A DNA stretch of 24,612 bases, taken from contig JANLQB010000424.1 in the NCBI GenBank assembly GCA_031367565.1, forward strand, positions 1 to 24,612, written 5' to 3'. A program made the translations under genes and the position numbers. This document shows positions 8,473-15,658 of this stretch, piece by piece. The stretch is from Verrucomicrobiota bacterium (lineage in GTDB: Bacteria > Verrucomicrobiota > Verrucomicrobiia > Chthoniobacterales > Chthoniobacteraceae). Below the pieces are notes generated by a model. That model saw only the letters and a program-made list of their open reading frames with translations, was not told where the DNA came from and ran no database searches. Position 1 is the stretch's first letter; each line of letters begins with the position of its first letter.

Positions 8473-8646
8473 TCAGGCCTGCGTATGCCGCGCGTAGTGG
8501 ATTTCGACGCCCTTTGGCAGCAAACGCTTGCGTCCACGCTGGCGACGACGCGCCAGGATCGCACGACCGCTCTTCGTCTTCATGCGTGCGCGAAAGCCGA
8601 ACTGGCGTTTGCGGGTGCGTTTGGAGGGCTGGTAGGTGCGTTTCAT
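8473..8646 (-). CDS. rpmH: 50S ribosomal protein L34, 57 aa (not in ORF track)
   Basis: Manual translation gives [57 protein letters not shown]. Confidence 0.97.
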   Translation of the reverse strand: MKRTYQPSKRTRKRQFGFRARMKTKSGRAILARRRQRGRKRLLPKGVEIHYARHTQA

Positions 8647-8688
8647 AGGCCGTGTTACTGATAGAAGGTTTCTGGAAAAAGGAGCGGC

Positions 8689-8716
8689 AGTCTAGCGAGA
8701 CGACCCGGGCTGTCAA
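8689..8716 (-). promoter_or_regulatory. Sigma70-type promoter of the rpmH operon
   Basis: The minus strand reads TTGACA-16 nt-TAGACT, ending 42 nt upstream of the rpmH ATG. Confidence 0.7.
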
Positions 8717-8763
8717 CAAGTCGCTACGCCAGATTTTTCGGTGCTGAAAACCCGCGTCTTACG

Positions 8764-9840
8764 CTATTTGGGCGTCGCGAGGATCAGGCACGAATCGCTC
8801 GGCTGCCATCTGTATCCGTAGGAAAAACCAAGCGGCGCGGGATGGCTTGTGCGGTAGCGATCCGCGAGATCGGGCTGCACTTTTTCCTTAAAAAGATCGA
8901 TCGGCGCGCGATACGAGCCGAAGAGGCGCACGGTCCATTTCACGGGATCAAAATCCCGGAAGGGAATCCCAGAATCGTCCTCCACGAGTGCGCGACTGTG
9001 ATCGAGCAGGAAGTCGCGTGCGTTGCTGAAATAAGGCATGTGCATGAGATATGACGCGGCTTTTACGAAGCTCTGTCCCATGCCGAGGTTCGCGCAAAAC
9101 TTCGTGAACGCCGGGTTGGACTTGATGGCGTCGTTCGAGAGATCGCTGGAGAAATAGTAGAGCGTTTGCTGCTTCCCAGTCGGACCGAAGAACACGATTT
9201 TCACGCCACGCGTCGCGGGTTTTTCGGAAACGAACGCGCCGCTTTTATCGAGACCGACCATCTCCACGCTGTCGATCTTGCGGTCCGAGCGCGCGAGGAA
9301 AACGTAGAGCAGCGGGAGCGTGCCGCTGAGTTCCTTGTGGTTCAGATCGACCTTCATTTCCTTCGTGATGAAGAAAGAAAAGCTCAGCACGGAATCCAGC
9401 GTTTTGCGCAGGTTTTCCAGCGATGGCGCGAGCCCACCCTTGGGCAATTTCGCCACGTCGGGGATGTCGCCGACCGGCTCCAACCCGCACAGCACATACG
9501 TCGAGGCGTTCGGGAAAAACGCCTGAGCGTAGAGAATGTCCGGGCCGCTGAAAAAGTAGAAAAGCGGATCGGATGACGCGGCGGCGTCCACGAGAAATTG
9601 CTGCGACCACGTCTGGATTTTCGCAAGCTGCCGCGTGTTGAGCGTCTTCCACGCGGCATCAAATTCCGTCGCGTGCTCCACCCACGCATGATCGAGCGCC
9701 AGCGGCGCGAGCGGCGTGTCGCGCACCGGCAGTCCCGCGAGGAATCGAGCCTGATCATTCGCCGTCGCCTCCTGCGCCCGGCAATTTGCTGCGAGAGTAA
9801 ACAGGGCAAGCCTGACGAGAAAAACAATGCGCTTTTTCAA
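8764..9840 (-). CDS. Secreted hypothetical protein, possibly with a class I methyltransferase-like fold
   Basis: 358 aa from a TTG start, with a Sec-type signal (MKKRIVFLVRLALFTLAANCRA). Motif-like blocks are LFYFFSGPD, YVLCGLEPVG, FVKAASYLMH and VEDDSGIP. Confidence 0.8.
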   Translation of the reverse strand: MKKRIVFLVRLALFTLAANCRAQEATANDQARFLAGLPVRDTPLAPLALDHAWVEHATEFDAAWKTLNTRQLAKIQTWSQQFLVDAAASSDPLFYFFSGPDILYAQAFFPNASTYVLCGLEPVGDIPDVAKLPKGGLAPSLENLRKTLDSVLSFSFFITKEMKVDLNHKELSGTLPLLYVFLARSDRKIDSVEMVGLDKSGAFVSEKPATRGVKIVFFGPTGKQQTLYYFSSDLSNDAIKSNPAFTKFCANLGMGQSFVKAASYLMHMPYFSNARDFLLDHSRALVEDDSGIPFRDFDPVKWTVRLFGSYRAPIDLFKEKVQPDLADRYRTSHPAPLGFSYGYRWQPSDSCLILATPK

Positions 9841-9862
9841 TGGCGTCGAGTTTCGACGCGCT

Positions 9863-11521
9863 TCACAAACACTTCAACAGAATCGTCGCGACCGCGCCGC
9901 CGCCCGGTGCATTCGCGACGCCGATCCGTCCCTTGTGCAGCTCGATGATCTGCCGCGCCACCGAGAGCCCGAGCCCAGTCCCCTGCCCTGTCGGTTTCGT
10001 CGTGTAAAATGGATCGAAGATTTTCCCGATCTTGTCTTCGGGAATGCCCGGCCCGCTATCGCGCACTTCGATCGCCACGACCTGCTCGCCGTCGCGAAAC
10101 CGCACGCCCGCACGGTCGCCCACTTCATACGCAACCTCGCCCGCACTCAAGGTGCGGAGCGCACTCGTCACCGTCAGCGTGCCGTGATCGGGCCTCGCGT
10201 CGCAGGCGTTGGTGAGAAGATTAATGAGCACCTGCTCGATCTTGGTTTCATCCACCCGGCAGCGCGGCAGGTCCGGCGAAAGATGGCGGATGACCTCGAT
10301 CTTTTGCCGCAAAATATCGTGCTTCACAAACCGGAGCGATTTCTCGATCAGCGGATTAATCTCCGCCTCGCGCATCCCGAGTTCCTTCGGCGAAGAAAGA
10401 TTCAGCAGGTCGCTCACGACGACATTCGCGCGCCGGATCGCCTCCTGCATTTCGCCCATCACCATCGCCGCCGTCTCATCCTTCGCGAAATCCAGATCGC
10501 GCAGGCACTGGATGCCCATCTCCAAAGTCGCCAGCGGATTCTTCACCTCATGCGCCACGCCTGCCGCCAGCCGTCCGACCGATTGCAGCTTTTCCGCCTG
10601 AATGAGCTGCATCTGCGCGGCCTTCAACTCCTCGTGCGATCTCGTGAGATCGGCCAAAACCATGCGCACTTTTTCCTCGGCCTCCTTCCTGTCCGTGATG
10701 TCCGAAACGAGCCCGTCGTACGACACGAGCTGCCCGGCTGCATCGTAACGCGGCACCTGTTTATTCCTCACCCAGCGCACCGCGCCGTCGCGACGGATCA
10801 TCCGGTGCTCGATCGTCACCGGCGTCCTCTCCCTCATCATCCCCGACACATTTTCCACCACGCGTTTCTGATCATCGGGATGAATGATGCGGTGCCACAG
10901 CCACGAGTCCGATTGAAATTCCTCCGGCGAAAAACCCGTCACTGCGAGGCACCCCGCACCGTGCGAAGTCGAGACCATATTCTCATCGCGCATCCGCACC
11001 GTATAAACATAGTCCGTCACCGAATCCAGCAGCCGCCCATATCGCTCCTCGCTTTCGCGCAAAGCCTCGTCCGCCTGCCGCCGCTCCGTCACATCCCAGC
11101 ACGCCCCCGTCATCCGCTCCGCCCGCCCGGTCCCATCGCGATACACCTTTCCCCGCGCCCGCACCGCATGCACGCTCCCGTCGTCCGGCCAGACCACACG
11201 ATATTCGGTGTCAAAAACCGCGTCCTCCTCAATCGCCCGCAACACGGCGATCCGCACGCGCTCGCGATCCTCGGCGTGCAGCAAACCCTCGAAGCTCTCA
11301 AATTTCTCCGGAAAAGTCCCGCGCTTCAGCCCGAAGAGATCGTGCATGCGATCGTCCCACGAGATCGAATTCAGCAGCACCTTCCAATTCCAAGTCCCGA
11401 TGGCCGCCGAAGCCAGCGCGAGATTCATCCGCTCCTCGCGCTCGTCCACGGTTTCATCCAAGCGCACACCTTTCGCATTCGAAGAAGCAGAGAACGAAGG
11501 TGCTTTGTCTGTAGGTGACAT
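9863..11521 (-). CDS. Soluble PAS-PAS sensor histidine kinase (HisKA plus HATPase)
   Basis: Two PAS/PAC blocks (IGTWNW...LHAEDRERV...WDVTERR and IIHPDDQKRV...SDITDRK). H box AGVAHEVKNPL, N box QVLINLLTNACDA, D box VRDSGPGIP, and F/G boxes IFDPFYTTKPTGQGTGLGL. The start is uncertain (11542, 11521 or 11428). Confidence 0.93.
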   Translation of the reverse strand: MSPTDKAPSFSASSNAKGVRLDETVDEREERMNLALASAAIGTWNWKVLLNSISWDDRMHDLFGLKRGTFPEKFESFEGLLHAEDRERVRIAVLRAIEEDAVFDTEYRVVWPDDGSVHAVRARGKVYRDGTGRAERMTGACWDVTERRQADEALRESEERYGRLLDSVTDYVYTVRMRDENMVSTSHGAGCLAVTGFSPEEFQSDSWLWHRIIHPDDQKRVVENVSGMMRERTPVTIEHRMIRRDGAVRWVRNKQVPRYDAAGQLVSYDGLVSDITDRKEAEEKVRMVLADLTRSHEELKAAQMQLIQAEKLQSVGRLAAGVAHEVKNPLATLEMGIQCLRDLDFAKDETAAMVMGEMQEAIRRANVVVSDLLNLSSPKELGMREAEINPLIEKSLRFVKHDILRQKIEVIRHLSPDLPRCRVDETKIEQVLINLLTNACDARPDHGTLTVTSALRTLSAGEVAYEVGDRAGVRFRDGEQVVAIEVRDSGPGIPEDKIGKIFDPFYTTKPTGQGTGLGLSVARQIIELHKGRIGVANAPGGGAVATILLKCL

Positions 11522-11756
11522 TCGACCAAGGAGAACTTCCAAGGAGGCTCAACCCGCGCCCGCCCTTTGTCAAAACAACCCCGTCCGCGGGAAAGATGTT
11601 CCGAACTCTCGCAACATTCCGCAGCAGCCTCGGGATCAACGCCATCCCGACGAATCATTTGTGTTCCTTAAAACACAATGTAGAGGTCGAGCGCGAGCGC
11701 GACGCAAGACGGCCATTCGTGGGGGGAAAGCGACTCAAAAAAGCCTATTTCAATCC

Positions 11757-12401
11757 ATGAAAAACCTCCTAACCATTGTCCTTTCCGTCCACCTATCGAC
11801 CACCATTGCTTCAGCTTCGGTGAAACAAGTCACCGTTAACGGCACGCTGCAAAATGCGCACAATTTAGATCTCGCCGGGCTCACGACCTCAGTTCCTGCG
11901 ACGTTCGAGGCGCAGTTTGACGATGCTCTCGCTTTTGATTGGGCACCGTCTCCGACCCTCGGCGTTTATTATTTCGACAGCCTGCCGGTGAGCCTGACCG
12001 CGGGAGATCGCACGTTTGCGACGGTTGCCGCGGAGTTACGCGTTTACGCAGGAGAAGGAGGCCTTTGGGGATTTTCGATCGGCAATCGGTTTGAAGTGGA
12101 CGCGTCCGGACTTACGCTCGACCCATATTACGGAATCTCGGCCGCGTTCGTTTCTCCTTTTCCCGAAGCTCGCGCGGCGTTTCCCACCGATGCCTTGAGC
12201 AACGTCACGCCGGATTCGCTGCTTCGCGTCATGACGCTGGCATATGCCACGATCGCGGGTGATCGCGATGGCGTGAAATTCAGCGGCCAGATCAATACGA
12301 TCTCCAGCGTCGCGATCACCAATGTCCCTGAGCCTTCTTCGATCACATTGGCCTTCCTCGCAGGAGCGTGGCTGGTCGGCCGATCGAGGCGTTCGCACTG
12401 A
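11757..12401 (+). CDS. PEP-CTERM sorting-domain surface protein, 214 aa
   Basis: Signal peptide MKNLLTIVLSVHLSTTIASA from ATG 11757, and C-terminus NVPEPSSITLAFLAGAWLVGRSRRSH (VPEP, hydrophobic stretch, basic tail). Confidence 0.9.
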   Translation: MKNLLTIVLSVHLSTTIASASVKQVTVNGTLQNAHNLDLAGLTTSVPATFEAQFDDALAFDWAPSPTLGVYYFDSLPVSLTAGDRTFATVAAELRVYAGEGGLWGFSIGNRFEVDASGLTLDPYYGISAAFVSPFPEARAAFPTDALSNVTPDSLLRVMTLAYATIAGDRDGVKFSGQINTISSVAITNVPEPSSITLAFLAGAWLVGRSRRSH

Positions 12402-12452
12402 AGTTCCCCGTCGCGTGGCGCTAAACCCAGATTGCGTCGAACGCGAACGAAG

Positions 12453-12533
12453 TGCTCGGAGGGGGACTTGAACCCCCACGCCTTACGGCATACGCCCCTC
12501 AAACGTACGTGTCTGCCATTTCACCATCCGAGC
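12453..12533 (-). tRNA. tRNA-Leu (anticodon GAG), CCA not encoded
   Basis: The minus strand reads GCTCGGA-TG-GTGAAATGGCAGACAC-G-TACGT-TTGAGGG-GCGTA-variable arm-GGGGG-TTCAAGT-CCCCC-TCCGAGC-A, which folds as a cloverleaf with a long variable arm. Confidence 0.96.
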
Positions 12534-12547
12534 TTTGCGAGCCGGAA

Positions 12548-12575
12548 TGTCTAGCAGCGGGAACTGGTCGCGCAA
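12548..12575 (-). promoter_or_regulatory. Possible sigma70 promoter for tRNA-Leu
   Basis: The minus strand reads TTGCGC-16 nt-TAGACA with TG just before the -10 box. It ends 14 nt before the tRNA 5' end, and its -10 box resembles that of rpmH. Confidence 0.45.
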
Positions 12576-12621
12576 GTATCTTTTCGGGCAAATCCACGAC
12601 AAATCTGATTCTCTCCCGCCC

Positions 12622-13329
12622 GTGCGCCTCCTCCTCCTATTCATCCTAGCATTCACTGCTCGAATTTCCGCCCACGAACTCGCCGCTCCTGCAAACGCCC
12701 GCCAGCTCGTCGTCGTCACCACTGAGGAATGGAGCGCCGTCTCGGGAACACTGCGCCGTTTTTCCAGAAGCAAAACGGGCGGCCCCTGGCACGCGGGCGG
12801 CCCGACCATTTCCGTGAAAGTGGGAAGCGCCGGAATGGCGTGGGGTCTCGGCCTTCACAAAAATCCTCCCAAAGGTCCGCTCAAAATCGAAGGCGACAAA
12901 AAAACTCCCGCCGGAGTCTTCCGCCTCACCAGCGCCTTCGGCTACGACGCAAAGCCCGAGGGCGTCAGCCTGCTTTACATCCAGTTGCTCGCGAGCGTCG
13001 AAGGCGTCGATGATCCGAAGTCGCGTTACTACAATCGCCTCGTCGATCGCGCCCGCATCGCAAAGCCCGACTGGCATTCCTCCGAAAAAATGCACCTCTC
13101 CACGGAAGAATACCGCCATGGCATCTTCGTCGATCACAACCCCGACGCGATCGTCGGCAGAGGTTCGTGCATCTTTCTCCACGTCTGGAAAAATCCGGAT
13201 CACCGTACCACGGGCTGCACCGCCATGCCCCGCGAATCCATCGCGGAACTCCAGCGCTGGCTCCGCCCTGATGCATCCCCCGTGCTGATCCAGGCACCCC
13301 TCGGATTTCTCCCGGTATCGCTCCGTTGA
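12622..13329 (+). CDS. Secreted YkuD-like L,D-transpeptidase family protein
   Basis: The probable start is GTG 12622, giving signal MRLLLLFILAFTARISA. Motifs KIEGDKKTPAGVFRL and GSCIFLHVWKNPDHRTTGCTAM carry the catalytic His and Cys. Confidence 0.85.
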   Translation: MRLLLLFILAFTARISAHELAAPANARQLVVVTTEEWSAVSGTLRRFSRSKTGGPWHAGGPTISVKVGSAGMAWGLGLHKNPPKGPLKIEGDKKTPAGVFRLTSAFGYDAKPEGVSLLYIQLLASVEGVDDPKSRYYNRLVDRARIAKPDWHSSEKMHLSTEEYRHGIFVDHNPDAIVGRGSCIFLHVWKNPDHRTTGCTAMPRESIAELQRWLRPDASPVLIQAPLGFLPVSLR

Positions 13330-13392
13330 AGAAGCCGGAGTCTTCGCAAAGACGCTTGCCGAACGCCGCGCATTACCTTCAATGTCCCGCGC

Positions 13393-14349
13393 ATGATCGT
13401 CACTACTGCTGAACTATACAGGGTCGCCTACGGGAAGTTCGCGATTGGAGCTTACAACATTAACAACGCCGAACAGACGATGGGCCTCTTCAAAGGTGCC
13501 ATCGCGAGTCAGTCGCCATTCATCATCCAGATCTCGAAAGGCGCGCGCGCTTACACGGAGAAGCGCATGCTGGAGGCGATCATTCGCTCGGCAGGCGAGA
13601 TTTTCCCGGATGCCATCTTCGCGGTGCATCTCGATCACGGCGACGAAGCGACGTGCTACGACTGCATCGACTCCGGCTTCTATTCGTCGGTCATGATCGA
13701 CGCGTCGCACGAATCGTTTGAGGAAAACATCGCGATCACCAAACGGGTCGTCGATCGCGCGCACGCCAAAGGTTTGAGCGTGGAAGCAGAGCTGGGAATG
13801 CTCGGCGGCGTGGAGGAAGACATCGTCGTAGATGAAGGCAACGCCTGCCTCACAAATCCCGACGAAGCAGTGGAATTCGTCTCCCGCACCGGCTGCGACG
13901 CGCTCGCCGCCGCGATCGGCACCAGCCATGGCGCTTACAAATTCAAAGGCCATCAGTCGCTGCACTTCGATGTGATCAAAGCCATCCAGGACAAAATCCC
14001 CGGCACTCCGATCGTCATGCACGGCAGCTCCAGTGTGCCGAAGGACGAAGTACTCCGCATCAATGCCGCTGGCGGCAAGCTCGACCCGAGCGCATGCGGC
14101 GTGGATGAAAACGAATACCTGCCCGCCGCGAAACTCGGCGTGACGAAAGTGAACATCGACACCGATGGCCGCCTCGTCTGGACCCGCGTCCACCGCGAGT
14201 TTTTCCGCGACAAGCCGACCGATTTCGACTTCCGCCCGCCGGGCAAAATCTTCATCGAGGAATACGCGAAATTCATCGCCAGCCGCAGCGAAAAACTCGG
14301 CAGCGCAAACACGCTCGACCTCGTCCGCGCGTCGCTCGGGAAAAAATGA
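13393..14349 (+). CDS. fba: Class II fructose-bisphosphate aldolase
   Basis: Motifs AIGAYNINN, VHLDHG, SSVMIDAS, VEAELG, IGTSHGAYKF, VMHGSSSVP and KVNIDTDGR. Confidence 0.96.
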   Translation: MIVTTAELYRVAYGKFAIGAYNINNAEQTMGLFKGAIASQSPFIIQISKGARAYTEKRMLEAIIRSAGEIFPDAIFAVHLDHGDEATCYDCIDSGFYSSVMIDASHESFEENIAITKRVVDRAHAKGLSVEAELGMLGGVEEDIVVDEGNACLTNPDEAVEFVSRTGCDALAAAIGTSHGAYKFKGHQSLHFDVIKAIQDKIPGTPIVMHGSSSVPKDEVLRINAAGGKLDPSACGVDENEYLPAAKLGVTKVNIDTDGRLVWTRVHREFFRDKPTDFDFRPPGKIFIEEYAKFIASRSEKLGSANTLDLVRASLGKK

Positions 14350-14663
14350 AATCGCTCGTCCACACGCTGCTCGCCCTGTCGATCAGCGCGTCCGCGTTTG
14401 CCGCTGAGGAAAAACCCGCCCTCCCGATCGAGAAAGCGCTCTCGATCGCGCAGGACTATCTCAAAAAGCAAGGCCATGCGGGCTCCATTGCCATCGCCGG
14501 GCTGTCCGTCGAGCGCGAATCGATCACGAACAAAAGCGTGCATTGGTCCGCGAAGTGGGCACCCGCCATCGCGCTTGATGGAGGGCGGAAGGAATTCGGG
14601 ATCGAGATCGCGATGGACGGCACGGTCGCGCGGATCGTGGACAAAAAAGCGCCGAAGAATTGA
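14346..14663 (+). CDS. Small secreted hypothetical protein, 105 aa
   Basis: Signal peptide MKSLVHTLLALSISASAFA. Its start overlaps the fba stop (ATGA at 14346-14349). Confidence 0.8.
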   Translation: MKSLVHTLLALSISASAFAAEEKPALPIEKALSIAQDYLKKQGHAGSIAIAGLSVERESITNKSVHWSAKWAPAIALDGGRKEFGIEIAMDGTVARIVDKKAPKN

Positions 14664-14723
14664 TGGCGCAACGCTCGGGACGAGCGTGCTCCCCGGAATC
14701 AGCCGGCCGCACGGTCTTATTCC

Positions 14724-15581
14724 ATGACCATCCTCGCCCCCGCCAAAGTGAACCTCTCCCTCCGCGTCCTGCGACGCCGTGAGGATGGCTTTCACGACAT
14801 CGAATCGCTCATGGTCCCGATCTCGATTTACGACCGGCTGGAAATCGAGCGCACCGACGCGGGCGGGATCGTTTTCACATGCAGCGAGCCCGATGTGCCC
14901 GCCGATGACACCAACCTCGTCGTCCGCGCCGCGCGCTCTTTTTGCGCGACGTTTCAAATCGAGCCCCATCTCCGCATCGCGCTGCACAAAGAAATCCCGC
15001 ACGGCGCAGGCCTCGGCGGCGGCAGCAGCGACGCCGCATCGACGCTCATCGCGCTCGACGAAATCTTCGCCACCAAAGTCCCTCGGGAGAAACTGCACGC
15101 GCTCGCCGCCGAACTCGGCTCCGACGTCCCATTTTTCCTCGAGCGCTCCGCCGCCCGCGTCACGGGGCGCGGCGAAAATGTCGCGCCGATCCCCTTCCCT
15201 CACACCATCCCGCTGCTGCTCATCAAGCCACCCTTCGGCGTGCCGACTCCGTGGGCGTATCGGCAATGGCGCGATTCTCTGGAAATCCCCGGCGTCCGCT
15301 ACGACGCGCAGACCTTCGACTGGGGCCCGCTCGTCAACGATCTCGAGCGACCCGTCTTCGAGAAATATATCTTCCTCGCCGATGTGAAAACGTGGCTGCT
15401 GGCGCAATCCGAAACAGCTGGCGCGCTCATGTCCGGCTCGGGCGCGACCGTTTTCGCCGTGCTCCGGGACAAAGCCAGTGCCGAGACTCTCCGCGGAAAA
15501 GTGCTCGCCGAATTTGGGCCAAATCTCTGGTGCCAGGCCGCTGAAACGCTGACGAGCGCCCCAGCCGAATGGCCTAACTAA
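14724..15581 (+). CDS. ispE: 4-diphosphocytidyl-2-C-methyl-D-erythritol kinase
   Basis: Motifs APAKVNLSL, GFHDIESLM, KEIPHGAGLGGGSSDAA, LGSDVPFF, NDLE and MSGSGATVF. Confidence 0.96.
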   Translation: MTILAPAKVNLSLRVLRRREDGFHDIESLMVPISIYDRLEIERTDAGGIVFTCSEPDVPADDTNLVVRAARSFCATFQIEPHLRIALHKEIPHGAGLGGGSSDAASTLIALDEIFATKVPREKLHALAAELGSDVPFFLERSAARVTGRGENVAPIPFPHTIPLLLIKPPFGVPTPWAYRQWRDSLEIPGVRYDAQTFDWGPLVNDLERPVFEKYIFLADVKTWLLAQSETAGALMSGSGATVFAVLRDKASAETLRGKVLAEFGPNLWCQAAETLTSAPAEWPN

Positions 15582-15658
15582 GCCCACTCCCGGCTCGGAC
15601 GCGCCGAAATTGCTCATTGCAAAACGCGCCCTTTTGCCGACACGATTTCCCTACTTCG

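Noticed and set aside
7785-8719. Long tracked versions of yidD (259 aa) and rnpA (223 aa)
   Set aside because: The extensions run over rnpA and rpmH in other frames. The true starts are 8051 and 8407.
9827-11518. 563-aa plus-strand ORF
   Set aside because: It is the in-register antisense shadow of the histidine kinase and has an Arg/His-rich, non-protein-like composition.
11526-11547. CCAAGGAG direct repeat resembling two Shine-Dalgarno sites
   Set aside because: There is no suitably spaced start codon or credible ORF downstream, and two short copies are not significant.
11208-11756. N-terminal 183 codons of the tracked 397-aa ORF
   Set aside because: This part overlaps the kinase gene antisense. 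The signal peptide begins at ATG 11757.
12401-12533. Prophage or integrative element at tRNA-Leu
   Set aside because: I found no integrase, no phage genes and no duplicated tRNA 3' end in the window.
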